From: Patescibacteria group bacterium
GTDB lineage: Bacteria; Patescibacteriota; Minisyncoccia; Portnoybacterales; UBA2143
Reading direction: 5' to 3'
Length of the DNA: 64,000 nucleotides
NCBI GenBank assembly: GCA_018830295.1
Contig: JAHJSM010000001.1
Span: forward strand, 257,980-321,979
Position 1 is the first letter of the stretch; the number at the start of each line of letters is the position of its first letter. Of the stretch, positions 1-10,163 are shown piece by piece. Under the pieces are notes generated by a model. That model made no database searches. It saw nothing but the letters and a program-made list of their open reading frames with translations, and was not told the origin of the DNA. The translations under genes and the position numbers were made by a program.

Positions 1-14
1 TTGTTTTTTTTGGT

Positions 15-551
15 TTAATAAACCTCTGCTGAATTAAAAGGCCACGCCCTAATCCACGCCCTGCCAATAATATTATCCTCCGGCAAAGCCCCCCATCTTC
101 GCGAATCTGAACTGGCTTGCCTATTATCGCCCAAAACAAAATATTCGTCTTCTCCTAATTTAATTTTTGTATTGCCCGAGGTAATTCTGTCCTTAGGTAA
201 ATACAACGACTCATCCAAAACCATCCCATCTGGAAAACTTTGATTGTAAATAAAAACCAGACCGTCCTTAATCTCAACTGTTTCGCCTGGCAATCCGACA
301 ATTCTTTTAATATAATACTGCGATGGATTAAGCGGATATTTAAAAACGACTACCTCGCTCCTTTGCGGCTCGCCAAGACGATAACCAATTTCGTTAATAA
401 TTAAATAATTCCCATTGCTAAAATTCGGCTCCATAGAAGCCCCATAAACAAAAAACGGCTGAATTAAATAATAGCGAACTGGAACAATGATCGCCAAGGA
501 AATAACCACGATTTTAACAATCTCCCATGCAAAAACAAACAATTTTCTCAT
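15..551 (-). CDS. lepB: signal peptidase I
   Basis: N-terminal TM, GASMEPN (catalytic Ser), YIKRIVGLPGE (Lys), GDNR..SSDSR boxes. Confidence 0.95.
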   Translation of the reverse strand: MRKLFVFAWEIVKIVVISLAIIVPVRYYLIQPFFVYGASMEPNFSNGNYLIINEIGYRLGEPQRSEVVVFKYPLNPSQYYIKRIVGLPGETVEIKDGLVFIYNQSFPDGMVLDESLYLPKDRITSGNTKIKLGEDEYFVLGDNRQASSDSRRWGALPEDNIIGRAWIRAWPFNSAEVY

Positions 552-618
552 ATAGGGACAATTTTAACTTATTTCACAAAAAAAATCAAATCTGATATAC
601 TTAATTTAACCTTAATCC

Positions 619-1713
619 ATGAACAACCATCTTAAACAAATCAACCGACTTATTAAAAAGGATTTATTTGACGAGCGGATTAAGAAACAAAGACAAGAGA
701 AAAAAAATAAAAAACGAAATATTGTCGTCTTTTCCGCGTTTATCCTAATCGCTCTTTTCCTTTCCGCGCTTTCTTGGCAAATATTGGACGCCTCTTACGC
801 GACGAACGAGACAAAAAAAGAAATTAGCCAAAACAAACCAACCCAAACAATAAAATCTATTTTGCCCTCGCAGGTTTTTAAAAAAGAAAAACCGGAAATA
901 AACATTTTAGCGTTAGGCAGACCGGGAGATGGTTATTCCGGTGGCAATTTAACGGATACAATTATCTTAATCCATCTCAAACAAAACGAGGAATCCGACA
1001 GCGGACAAAAAGCGTTTTTAATTTCTCTTCCGCGCGACTTGTTGGTCCAAATCCCTAATAGAGGCGGATTGACCAAAATAAACGCGCTTTATAGTTTGGT
1101 CGGGATTGAATGGCTCAAAGAAAAAATTTACGAGATTACGGGACTGGCGGTTGACCATCATATTATCGTTGACCTGGCCGTCGTTGAAGAAGTAATTTCA
1201 TTAGTTGACGGATTAAATGTTTTCGTCGAGCAAGACATCAACGACCCGTATTTCCCCGGTCCTAATTACTCATATCAAACATTCAACCTCTCTGCCGGCT
1301 GGAGATATTTGAACGGCGCGACGGCCTTGAGATATATTCGCACCCGCTATACTTCGCCCAACGGCGACTTTGACCGAATGTCCCGCCAACAGCAAGTCAT
1401 TCAACTCCTCAAACAAAAAGTCCTCGCTCTTAATCCCCTTTGGGATTTCCCAACTTATGTTAAGATATTCAGTAGTTTGCAGAGCCATATTGAAACCGAC
1501 TTGGGAATTATGGAAATGAAATCATTTTGGCAAACAGCCCAAAAAATCGGCTCGGACAATATTTCCAGCATCGTCATAGATAAAAAAGAAACAGGTCTTC
1601 TGATTGGCGGGCAAGTCCCCCTCGGACAATACACCGCCTCCGTCGTCTATCCAAAGGCGGGACAGGAAAATTATGATGAAATAAAAAATTTCATCAAACA
1701 AACAATAGAATAA
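619..1713 (+). CDS. LytR-CpsA-Psr (LCP) family protein
   Basis: TM anchor, then INILALG, TDTIIL, SLPRDL, KIN, DFDRMSRQQ motifs. Confidence 0.9.
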   Translation: MNNHLKQINRLIKKDLFDERIKKQRQEKKNKKRNIVVFSAFILIALFLSALSWQILDASYATNETKKEISQNKPTQTIKSILPSQVFKKEKPEINILALGRPGDGYSGGNLTDTIILIHLKQNEESDSGQKAFLISLPRDLLVQIPNRGGLTKINALYSLVGIEWLKEKIYEITGLAVDHHIIVDLAVVEEVISLVDGLNVFVEQDINDPYFPGPNYSYQTFNLSAGWRYLNGATALRYIRTRYTSPNGDFDRMSRQQQVIQLLKQKVLALNPLWDFPTYVKIFSSLQSHIETDLGIMEMKSFWQTAQKIGSDNISSIVIDKKETGLLIGGQVPLGQYTASVVYPKAGQENYDEIKNFIKQTIE

Positions 1714-1752
1714 GTTTGGGGACTGTCCCCTCTTGGGGACAGTCCCCAAACT
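1713..1752. repeat. REP-like GGGACAGTCCC palindrome doublet
   Basis: agtttggggactgtcccc-tctt-ggggacagtccccaaact, perfect 18-bp inverted repeat; family recurs in the window. Confidence 0.85.
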
Positions 1753-1768
1753 AACAAACTAAATTTTT

Positions 1769-2299
1769 ATGAAACTTATAGTCGGTCTCGGCAACCCAGG
1801 CATACAATATGAAAAAACCCGCCATAATTTTGGATGGCGGGCTGTTGATGTATTGGCGCGGGAAATGGAAGCAAGTAGTTGGAAAATAGATCTTCGGTTT
1901 AACGCTTTTGTCGCGGAATGTTTTTTGAACGGCGAAAAAATCATTTTTGCCAAACCGCAAACTTTTATGAATAACTCCGGCATCGCCGTCAAATCAATCG
2001 CCGACTATTACAAAATCTTAACAGAAGAAATTTTAATTATCCATGACGAAATTGATTTGCCTTTAGGCGAAGCGAAAATCCAAAAAAACAGAGGCGCCGC
2101 TGGACACAACGGTATCAAGTCGGTTATTGAAAAATTAAAATCAAAAGATTTCATCAGAATGCGCCTCGGCATCAAATCCGACGAACAGAAAAATTTAAAA
2201 ACAGAAGAATTTGTTCTTCAAAATTTTACCGACAAAGAGGAAAAAATTGTCCAAAAGACAATAAAAAAGGCCATCCAGATTATAAGGACAGCCTTTTAG
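1769..2299 (+). CDS. pth: peptidyl-tRNA hydrolase
   Basis: LIVGLGNPG..Y..TRHNFG, KPQTFMN, GHNGIKS. Confidence 0.97.
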   Translation: MKLIVGLGNPGIQYEKTRHNFGWRAVDVLAREMEASSWKIDLRFNAFVAECFLNGEKIIFAKPQTFMNNSGIAVKSIADYYKILTEEILIIHDEIDLPLGEAKIQKNRGAAGHNGIKSVIEKLKSKDFIRMRLGIKSDEQKNLKTEEFVLQNFTDKEEKIVQKTIKKAIQIIRTAF

Positions 2300-2314
2300 G
2301 TTTTTCACAAAAAT

Positions 2315-2554
2315 TCAACCTTCTTTGCGATTTGCTATAAATATAGCAATCGCGATGATTCCGAATCCAATCAGGGAATAATATGTTCCCTTGATCAAAT
2401 TATCGGAATCTGCTTTTATTCCTATGTCTATGTCTATGAAATTATTCTCCATTCCGCCGACGCTTCCAAAAACCAAAAACGCGCCGACTATTACAAGAAT
2501 AACCACAAAAGTGTTTAACATTTCTCTTGTTGTTCTCTTTTCTCTTTTCATCAT
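2315..2554 (-). CDS. small two-TM hypothetical protein
   Basis: 79-aa ORF, two hydrophobic segments, AAGGGGG SD upstream. Confidence 0.65.
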   Translation of the reverse strand: MMKREKRTTREMLNTFVVILVIVGAFLVFGSVGGMENNFIDIDIGIKADSDNLIKGTYYSLIGFGIIAIAIFIANRKEG

Positions 2555-2590
2555 AACAACCCCCTTGTTAAAGTTGAAAAAAATTATAAT

Positions 2591-2726
2591 TTAGTATTCG
2601 CAGACCTGCCAAGGAGCGCCAGAAACTAACTTGCAAAAGCAAACCGTCTCTGAACTCTGGCCTAACTGAACGGTAGGAGGGATTGTTCAGCCGTGGCCGC
2701 TCCCCAGACAGGTCCGCGAATACTAA
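2591..2726 (-). ncRNA. candidate structured RNA (three-way junction), unknown family
   Basis: 20-bp closing stem whose mismatches are G-U on the minus strand, two inner hairpins, strong promoter upstream, U-run downstream. Confidence 0.5.
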
Positions 2727-2757
2727 AGATTTTAAGGAACTATATTTAACTGTCCAC

Positions 2758-2785
2758 ATTATAACAGAATGAATAAATTTGTCAA
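2758..2785 (-). promoter_or_regulatory. sigma70 promoter TTGACA-16-(TG)TATAAT
   Basis: consensus -35 and extended -10 on the minus strand, pointing into the 2591-2726 structure. Confidence 0.7.
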
Positions 2786-3659
2786 GCCCCACGCAAAATA
2801 TTACAACGCTTTTAATCTTATTGGCGGAATTGGGCCTATATCTTTCAAAAAACTGTTGGGCTATTTTAAAACAATAGAAAACGCTTGGCAAGCCGAAACA
2901 GGCGAATTTGCAAAAGCCGGGATAGGCAAATCAGCTATTGAAAATATCCGCGCGAAAAGGTCTCAAATTAATCTTGATTTTGAAATGGAAAGATTAAGTA
3001 GGGAAGGGGTTGACCTCGTCACCATCCAAGACAAAAATTATCCGAAACTACTTAAAGAAATATACGCCCCACCCGCTATGCTTTATGTTAGAGGGAAAAT
3101 CTCGTCTGAAAACAATTTGGGGTTGGGTGTTGTCGGCTCAAGAAATGTTTCTCTTTACGGAAAACAAATAACACCCCTTCTCACCGCCGAGTTAGCCCAA
3201 GCGGGATTAACTATTATCAGCGGATTGGCAAAAGGCGTAGATACATTAGCTCATCAAGCGGCGCTTAAAGTCGGCGGAAATACGATCGCCGTTTTAGGTT
3301 GCGGAGTTGACTATAAGAGTATTTACCCGTATTGTAATCGTGACTTGGCAGAAAAGATAATTCAAAGCGGAGGCGCTGTCATTAGCGAATTTCCTCTTGA
3401 AACCCAACCACTCCCTCAATACTTCCCCCAACGCAATCGCATTATTTCCGGATTAAGCAAGGGCGTTTTGGTTATTGAAGCCGCGGAAAGAAGCGGCGCT
3501 TTGATTACGGCCAGAGACGCTTTAGAACAAAACCGAGATGTTTTCGCTTTACCCGGACCAATTTTCTCCGTCAATTCTTTCGGTCCGAATAATTTAATAA
3601 AGATGGGCGCTAAACTAATTAGCCAAGCCGACGACATTCTCCAAGAATTTAATTTATGA
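2769..3659 (+). CDS. dprA: DNA processing protein DprA
   Basis: YPKLLKEI..PP, VVGSR, SGLAKGVD, FPQRNRIISGLS. Confidence 0.96.
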   Translation: MNKFVKPHAKYYNAFNLIGGIGPISFKKLLGYFKTIENAWQAETGEFAKAGIGKSAIENIRAKRSQINLDFEMERLSREGVDLVTIQDKNYPKLLKEIYAPPAMLYVRGKISSENNLGLGVVGSRNVSLYGKQITPLLTAELAQAGLTIISGLAKGVDTLAHQAALKVGGNTIAVLGCGVDYKSIYPYCNRDLAEKIIQSGGAVISEFPLETQPLPQYFPQRNRIISGLSKGVLVIEAAERSGALITARDALEQNRDVFALPGPIFSVNSFGPNNLIKMGAKLISQADDILQEFNL

Positions 3660-5689
3660 AACTAATTATCGTAGAAAGCCCTACAAAGGCAAAAATAATT
3701 TCCAAGTTTTTAGGCAAAAACTACAAGGTCTTGTCTTCTTTTGGGCATCTCCGCGATTTGCCTAAATCAGAACTTGGCATAGACACAGAAAAAAATTTCG
3801 CGCCCAAATATATTATTCCCGTCAAAGCGCGAAAGGCGGCTAACGAATTAAAAAAAGCCGCCAAAGAAGCAGATTTAATCATTCTTGCGACTGACGAAGA
3901 CCGCGAAGGAGAAGCCATCGCTTGGCATATTCTCCAAATTTTTGAAACCGCCAAACCCAAGGCGCATCAAAGAATTGTTTTTCACGAAATAACGGAAAAA
4001 GCGATTAAGGAATCGTTGGAAAATCCGAGAGAAATTGATATTAATTTAGTCAACGCCCAACAGGCGCGGCGAATTTTAGACCGCCTCGTCGGATACGAAC
4101 TCTCGCCGTTTTTGTGGAAAAAAGTAGTCAAAGGATTGTCAGCTGGAAGAGTCCAGTCAGTCGCCGTCCGCCTCATTGTTGACCGCGAAAGGGAAATAAA
4201 AGCGTTCAAACCGGAAGAATACTGGAGCGTTGAAGCGGAATTAAAAAAGCGCGATAACCCCAATCAATTCATCGCGCATCTTATCAAAACGGGCGATAAA
4301 AAAATTCCCAAAATGGGAATAAAAAATAAAGAAGAAGCGGACGCGATTTTAAAAAACCTTGATGGAGCCGAATACAAAATCGCCGCCGTGGAACGCAAGG
4401 AATTAAAAAAACATCCCATGCCGCCATACAAAACGAGCGTCCTCCAACAAGACGCGGCGCGCAAACTTGGCTTTTCCGCCAAACAAACAATGCGAATCGC
4501 CCAACAACTATACGAAAACGGTCACATCACCTATCATAGAACCGATTCGTTTAATATCGCCGCCGAAGCGCTCGCCTCTGCGCGCGAATTTATTAAAAAC
4601 AAACTCGGCGCGAAATATCTTCCAGACGCTCCCAAATTTTACAAAACAAATAAAAAAGGCGCGCAAGAAGCGCATGAAGCAATCCGCCCAACCCATCCAA
4701 AATATGAACCGTCCGAAATTAAGCAATATCTCAATCCGACCCAATACAAATTATATAATTTAATTTGGCAAAGATTTATCGCCAGCCAAATGAATCCCGC
4801 TATTTTGGATTCCGTCTCCGTTGATATTTTAGCGGAAAAAACAAAAGGCGTCCCACATACATTCCGAGCCAACGGTTCAACAATTAAATTTGACGGCTTT
4901 TTAAGAATTTGCCCGATGAAATTTAAAGAGAATGTTCTGCCCCCGCTCACGAAAGACGAACTCTTGAAATTAATTAAACTCATTCCTTCCCAACATTTCA
5001 CCCTCCCGCCCGCCAGATACAACGACGCCTCGCTTATTAAAATTTTGGAAGAATACGACATCGGCCGCCCCTCAACTTACGCGCCGACTATTAGCACAAT
5101 TCAAGACCGCGGCTATGTTAAAAAAGATGAGCAAAAAAGATTTATCCCCGCGGAAATCGGCTTTATCGTCATAGATCTGCTCAAGGAAAACTTTTCCCAA
5201 ATTGTTGATGTTGAATTTACCGCCAAAGTGGAAAACGATTTAGATAAAATAGCCGAAGGCAAACAAGAATGGCAAACGGTTATTAAAGAATTTTACGAAC
5301 CGTTCCATAAAAACCTGCTCAAAAAATATGACGAAGTAGAAAAGAAAATTCTTGATAAACCAACCGAAAAAAAATGCCCCGAATGCGGCAGCCCGATCGT
5401 AATTAAATTAGGAAGGTTCGGCGAGTTTTACGCCTGCTCCGCCTTCCCTAAATGCAAGCACGCCGCGCCAATTATCGTGCCAACCGGCGTCAAATGCCCT
5501 GAATGCGGAAAAGGCGACATCATTGAAAGAAAAACAAGAAGAGGAAAAACATTCTACTCCTGCTCTCAATACCCCAAATGCAAATTCGCCCTCTGGGACA
5601 AACCCACCGGCGAAAAATGCCCCGAATGCGGCGCCCTCATGGTAGAAAAAGGAAAAGCAATTAAATGTTCTAATAAAGAATGTAAATAG
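3656..5689 (+). CDS. topA: DNA topoisomerase I
   Basis: TOPRIM IVESP, ATDEDREGE, GRVQ, ITYHRTD, C-terminal Zn ribbons. Confidence 0.98.
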   Translation: MKLIIVESPTKAKIISKFLGKNYKVLSSFGHLRDLPKSELGIDTEKNFAPKYIIPVKARKAANELKKAAKEADLIILATDEDREGEAIAWHILQIFETAKPKAHQRIVFHEITEKAIKESLENPREIDINLVNAQQARRILDRLVGYELSPFLWKKVVKGLSAGRVQSVAVRLIVDREREIKAFKPEEYWSVEAELKKRDNPNQFIAHLIKTGDKKIPKMGIKNKEEADAILKNLDGAEYKIAAVERKELKKHPMPPYKTSVLQQDAARKLGFSAKQTMRIAQQLYENGHITYHRTDSFNIAAEALASAREFIKNKLGAKYLPDAPKFYKTNKKGAQEAHEAIRPTHPKYEPSEIKQYLNPTQYKLYNLIWQRFIASQMNPAILDSVSVDILAEKTKGVPHTFRANGSTIKFDGFLRICPMKFKENVLPPLTKDELLKLIKLIPSQHFTLPPARYNDASLIKILEEYDIGRPSTYAPTISTIQDRGYVKKDEQKRFIPAEIGFIVIDLLKENFSQIVDVEFTAKVENDLDKIAEGKQEWQTVIKEFYEPFHKNLLKKYDEVEKKILDKPTEKKCPECGSPIVIKLGRFGEFYACSAFPKCKHAAPIIVPTGVKCPECGKGDIIERKTRRGKTFYSCSQYPKCKFALWDKPTGEKCPECGALMVEKGKAIKCSNKECK

Positions 5690-5698
5690 AATCAAATT

Positions 5699-7183
5699 AT
5701 GGCTGATATTCAGCAAATTATTGAACAATTTAAGAAAGATAATCCATTAGAGGACTCTGATGTTATTTTGAGGGCCTACCATTTTGCCGCGGAAGCGCAT
5801 CGGGGACAGAAAAGAAAATCAGGGGACGATTATATCACCCACTGTCTCGGCGCGGCTGAAACGCTCGTTCGCTTAAGAATGGATTCAGAGACCATCGCCG
5901 CTGGATTGCTTCATGATGTTTTGGATGATACAAAGGTCACGCCAAAACAAATGGAAAAAGAATTTGGCGCGAATATTTTGAAATTGGTCAACGGGGTCTG
6001 TAAAATTGGGAAACTTAAATATCGGGGCGAGGAAAGAGCGGCGGAAAATTTAAGAAAATTGTTTTTAGCGATGGCAGAAGACATCCGAGTTATTCTGATA
6101 AAATTCGCCGATCGCCTCCATAACATTAAAACGCTTGACGCCTTGCCCGCAGAAAAACAAAAGAGAATCGCTTTAGAAACATTGGAAATTTACGCTCCTT
6201 TAGCTGATCGTTTAGGTATCGGAGAAATTAAAGGACAACTGGAAGATTATTCTTTCGCGTTCATTAATCCAAAAGAGTATCAGGAAATATCAAGTAAAGT
6301 TAAAGGGAAATACGCCGAAAACATCAAATATCTTGAGAAAACAATCCCTCTGATTAAAAAGGTCTTAAGCGAAAAAGGAATTAAGGTTGTTGAAATTCAC
6401 GCGCGCGCGAAACATTATTACAGTTTATATAAAAAACTTTTGAAATATGATATGGATTGGCACAGAGTCTACGACTTAGTCGCCCTGCGAGTGATCGTCC
6501 CCGATATTGAAAGTTGTTACGCGACTCTGGGAATTGTCCATAAAAAATGGCGACCTCTCTTTGGTCGAATTAAGGATTATATCGCTCTTCCAAAATCAAA
6601 CGGATATAAATCTATTCACACAACCATTTTTTGCGACAAGGGGAAAATCACCGAACTTCAAATCCGCACGCCTCAAATGCACGAAGAAGCGGAATATGGT
6701 ATCGCCGCCCACTGGCATTACAAAGAAAATAAGGGCCTGCTTAAAACATACATCCAGCAAAAAATTCTCAAGCAGGCGCCAAAAAAAAGAGCGATCAAAA
6801 TGGCTGAAGAACTTGTTTGGGTAAAGCAGTTGCGAGAATGGCAAAAAGAAAAATTTTCTTCGCCGCGGGAATTTTTTGACTCGCTCAAAATTGATTTTCT
6901 CAAGGACCGAATTTTCGTCTTTACGCCCAAGGGCGATGTTATTGATTTGCCCGAAGGAGCCACTTCCATAGATTTCGCCTATCAAATCCATACTGACATT
7001 GGCCATCAATGTGTCGGCGTTAAAGTTGACGGGAAATTATGCCCGCTTTCCGAACCATTAAGAAACGGACAAATGGTTGATGTTATGACCCAAAAAAACA
7101 AAAAACCAAGCCGGGACTGGCTGAGATTTGTTAAGACCAACCAAGCGAAAAGCAGTATCAACGCCTGGTATCGTAAGAATTAA
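5699..7183 (+). CDS. rel: RelA/SpoT (p)ppGpp synthetase/hydrolase (HD-SYNTH-TGS, no ACT domain)
   Basis: LHDVLDDT, KFADRLHN, KDYIA.PK.NGYKSIHT, ELQIRT, TGS FTPKG. Confidence 0.93.
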   Translation: MADIQQIIEQFKKDNPLEDSDVILRAYHFAAEAHRGQKRKSGDDYITHCLGAAETLVRLRMDSETIAAGLLHDVLDDTKVTPKQMEKEFGANILKLVNGVCKIGKLKYRGEERAAENLRKLFLAMAEDIRVILIKFADRLHNIKTLDALPAEKQKRIALETLEIYAPLADRLGIGEIKGQLEDYSFAFINPKEYQEISSKVKGKYAENIKYLEKTIPLIKKVLSEKGIKVVEIHARAKHYYSLYKKLLKYDMDWHRVYDLVALRVIVPDIESCYATLGIVHKKWRPLFGRIKDYIALPKSNGYKSIHTTIFCDKGKITELQIRTPQMHEEAEYGIAAHWHYKENKGLLKTYIQQKILKQAPKKRAIKMAEELVWVKQLREWQKEKFSSPREFFDSLKIDFLKDRIFVFTPKGDVIDLPEGATSIDFAYQIHTDIGHQCVGVKVDGKLCPLSEPLRNGQMVDVMTQKNKKPSRDWLRFVKTNQAKSSINAWYRKN

Positions 7184-7192
7184 CAACTAACC

Positions 7193-8104
7193 CTACATCT
7201 TCACCAGATGGTCTCTCAACTTTTTCAGTTCCTTATCCCCCGCAAACTCAATACTCATATGGCCTACTTCCCCTCTTTGCGTAACGCTTACCCGGCGTCC
7301 CCAATTATCAGCAACCTCTTTTTCTATCTTCTTAAAAAACGGATTTTTAGGACCGTGACCAGTCGCAAACTTATTCGGAACCGCGAACTTTCTCGCTTTA
7401 TCTTCAATCACTCGAACGCCCCAGTCATGCTTCATCATTTCTCTAAAAAGGGGCAAGCGAGCCGACGGCTCGGCCAGCAAAAGCGCTCTTGCCCGCCCTT
7501 CTTTGGTTTTGCCGGAGGAAAGCGCGTCTTGAACTTCTTGTGGCAGAGTTAAAAGTCGGAGAAAGTTAGTAACACTCGTTCTCTGACGCCCCACCTTTTC
7601 CGCTATCTCATGATGTTTCATACCAAAATCATCCTGAAATTGCTTAAAAGCAATCGCCATTTCAATCGGATTGAGATTTTCTCTTTGAATATTTTCAACC
7701 AAAGCGATTTCCAGTTTTTGGCGCGCGGCGCTGTCGCGAATTACAACAGGAACGCTGGGCAAGCCCGCCATTTGGGCGGCGCGCCACCTTCTTTCCCCCG
7801 CTATTAATTCGTATTCTACTTTACGGCCTCTGCTTGTCGTTTTCTCAACTTTGGTGACTATCAACGGCTGAAGAATACCATGTTCTCTAATTGAATCAGC
7901 TAATTCTTTTAGCGGCTTTTCAGCAAAATCGCGTCTTGGCTGAAGAGGATTAGGACGGATTTTGTCCGTCTCCACATTAAAAATACTTTCCCTTTTTTGC
8001 TTCGCCCAGCCCGCTCTCTGCATCCGGCTTGAAGCCAAGTCGGTAATTTTTTGTTGTTTTTTAGGAATAAGCGATTGAAGCCCCCTCCCCAATGTTTTCG
8101 CCAT
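7193..8104 (-). CDS. parB: chromosome partitioning protein ParB
   Basis: LGRGL, NPLQPR, AGERRWRA, ENIQRENL, HTH. Confidence 0.96.
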   Translation of the reverse strand: MAKTLGRGLQSLIPKKQQKITDLASSRMQRAGWAKQKRESIFNVETDKIRPNPLQPRRDFAEKPLKELADSIREHGILQPLIVTKVEKTTSRGRKVEYELIAGERRWRAAQMAGLPSVPVVIRDSAARQKLEIALVENIQRENLNPIEMAIAFKQFQDDFGMKHHEIAEKVGRQRTSVTNFLRLLTLPQEVQDALSSGKTKEGRARALLLAEPSARLPLFREMMKHDWGVRVIEDKARKFAVPNKFATGHGPKNPFFKKIEKEVADNWGRRVSVTQRGEVGHMSIEFAGDKELKKLRDHLVKM

Positions 8105-8108
8105 AATT

Positions 8109-8873
8109 TTATTTCTCCAAACTAATTATTTCCTTGGCTAAATTTTGATAGGCCTTGGCGCCCCTGGAATTAGGAGCATATTGAAAAATTGACTGCCCAA
8201 AACTTGGCGCTTCCGCTAATTTGACGCAGCGCGGAATAATTGACTCAAAAACATGGTCATTAAAATTTCTTTCCATCTCTTTGCGGACTTGTCGCGAAAG
8301 GCGGTTGCGGCGGTCATACATCGTCAGTAAAGCGCCTTTTATTTTCAACGGGCTTTCTAAATTCTCCTGAACCAACTCAATCGTTTTAAGTAATTGCCCT
8401 AAACCTTCCAAGGCGTAATACTCACATTGAACAGGAATAATCACCTCGTCAGCCGCGACCAATCCATTGACCGTCAAAAGACCTAAACTTGGCGGGCAGT
8501 CAATCAAAATATAGTCGTAATCAGTCCTAACGCGGCGCAAAACCTCGTAAAGTTTGAACTCCCTGTTGTCCATCCCAACTAAATCTATCGTCGCTCCAGC
8601 CAAATCTGGAGAAGCGGGCAAAACATCATATCCCAAAAGATTGGTCTTGCGAATAACATCTTCCGGCGAAACCTTTCCGATTAAAGCATGATACAAACTG
8701 CTGGAAATTTTTTGCGGATTAATTCCAATTCCTGACGAGGCGTTGGCTTGAGGGTCAATATCAACCAAAAGAACATAACGCCCCAAAGACGCCAAGTATC
8801 CAGCCAAATTTACAGCCGTAGTTGACTTCCCAACCCCGCCTTTTTGATTGACTAAACTTATAATCTTCGCCAT
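8109..8873 (-). CDS. parA: ParA/Soj ATPase
   Basis: NQKGGVGKST deviant Walker A, DIDPQAN, DCPPSLG. Confidence 0.97.
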   Translation of the reverse strand: MAKIISLVNQKGGVGKSTTAVNLAGYLASLGRYVLLVDIDPQANASSGIGINPQKISSSLYHALIGKVSPEDVIRKTNLLGYDVLPASPDLAGATIDLVGMDNREFKLYEVLRRVRTDYDYILIDCPPSLGLLTVNGLVAADEVIIPVQCEYYALEGLGQLLKTIELVQENLESPLKIKGALLTMYDRRNRLSRQVRKEMERNFNDHVFESIIPRCVKLAEAPSFGQSIFQYAPNSRGAKAYQNLAKEIISLEK

Positions 8874-8940
8874 TAAATCTATTATACTCTAATCCCTTTT
8901 AATTGACAACAATCTCTTTTTAAGAGAAAATACAAACAAG

Positions 8941-9028
8941 GCCGGTGTGGCGGAATTGGCTATACGCGTGCGACTCAAAATCGTATGAACGAAAGTTCAT
9001 GTGGGTTCAACTCCCACCACCGGCACCA
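8941..9028 (+). tRNA. tRNA-Leu(CAA)
   Basis: acceptor GCCGGTG/CACCGGC, anticodon arm TGCGA-CTCAAAA-TCGTA, long variable arm, GGTTCAA T-loop, encoded CCA. Confidence 0.95.
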
Positions 9029-9033
9029 ACTTT

Positions 9034-9669
9034 TTATCCCAACATCTCCATCAAATCCTTTTTGCTAATGGGCCCGATGTGCGTGATTTTTGGCTTGGCA
9101 GAGGTTAGGTCTAAGATGGTTGAGGATTGGCTGTTTTGCAAATCACCTGCGTCCAAAAAGAGATTGGGGCGGAGATATGACTTTTCAAACGCTTTCATGA
9201 CATCTCTGGAATAAATCAAAGGCGGTTCTCTGTTAATTTTAGTTGAAGAGATAGTAATTGGTTCTTCAAAATTCTCGGCGAGAATTTGCGCGAAGGAGCA
9301 GTCGGGAATTCTGATTCCGACTGTTTTTTTATTAGCCACTAAAGTATCGGGAATAATTCCCTTTCTTGTTAAAATCGCCATCGCTGCTCCGGGCCAAATA
9401 TCCCCAAGAATTTTTTCCGTTTTTTTATCAATGTAAGCGAATTTTTTTGCCGTCTCAATATCGCGAACCATAATTGGAATTGGCTTCAACCGCGAACCAT
9501 TTTTAATTTTAAAAAGCCGCTCAACGCAAAGAGCGTCCAAAGCGTTAACCCCTAAGGCGTAAACTGTATCAGTCGGATAGACAATGCACCCGCCACGCCG
9601 CAAAACCTTGACCGCTTCATAAACGACATCCATTTCAAAATCATTCAAATTGAATTTTATAACTTTCAT
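9034..9669 (-). CDS. Sua5/TsaC (YrdC) family protein, catalytic motifs degenerate
   Basis: YPTDTVYALG, WPG, VGIRIP; KxR and STSAN motifs altered. Confidence 0.85.
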   Translation of the reverse strand: MKVIKFNLNDFEMDVVYEAVKVLRRGGCIVYPTDTVYALGVNALDALCVERLFKIKNGSRLKPIPIMVRDIETAKKFAYIDKKTEKILGDIWPGAAMAILTRKGIIPDTLVANKKTVGIRIPDCSFAQILAENFEEPITISSTKINREPPLIYSRDVMKAFEKSYLRPNLFLDAGDLQNSQSSTILDLTSAKPKITHIGPISKKDLMEMLG

Positions 9670-9765
9670 AAGTTTTTAAAAACTTGACGCGAAAGAGAAA
9701 ATATGGCAAGGTTTTAGTATAATCAATAAGTTCTTTAACTAACAAATAATAAAAGGGGGGATAAA

Positions 9766-10122
9766 ATGAGCGAAAAAAGAAAAATTATAGTGGTAGATGA
9801 CAATATCGATTTAGGAAAAATAACAAAAGAAATACTAAGTCGCATTGGAGGATACTTTGTAATATATTGCGACAGCGCGGCAAGCGCTTTATCAAAAATT
9901 CAATACGAGTTCATTCCTAATCTGGTCATTACTGACCTTCAAATGCCAATTATGAATGGATTAGAATTAACAGCAATACTAAAAGAAAAAATTCCTGATT
10001 TGCCAGTAATCATTTTAACTGGCAGACCTGGTTTAGTTCCAAAAGATAGTCCCGCTGATCTGGTCATAGAAAAACCATATCTCGTGGAACAACTTTTAGA
10101 AAAAGTTAAAAAACTAATATAA
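9766..10122 (+). CDS. single-domain response regulator
   Basis: VVDD, TDLQMP.MNG, LTG, EKP. Confidence 0.9.
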   Translation: MSEKRKIIVVDDNIDLGKITKEILSRIGGYFVIYCDSAASALSKIQYEFIPNLVITDLQMPIMNGLELTAILKEKIPDLPVIILTGRPGLVPKDSPADLVIEKPYLVEQLLEKVKKLI

Positions 10123-10163
10123 CAACCAACCAAAGCCAAGGACAACTTCCTTGGCTTTAACAT

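Noticed and set aside
2591-2726. SRP RNA or c-di-AMP/c-di-GMP riboswitch identity
   Set aside because: The conserved motifs of those families were not found by eye; left as unknown.
5699-7183. Rel lacking C-terminal domains, short YebC and stand-alone 5'-3' exonuclease as pseudogenes
   Set aside because: These are clean ORFs with intact motifs; streamlined forms are expected in reduced genomes.
7193-8940. Canonical parS (TGTTTCACGTGAAACA) near parAB
   Set aside because: No convincing match was spotted by eye.
8945-9214. 89-aa plus-strand ORF
   Set aside because: It overlaps tRNA-Leu and is antisense to the Sua5-like gene, so it is a shadow ORF.
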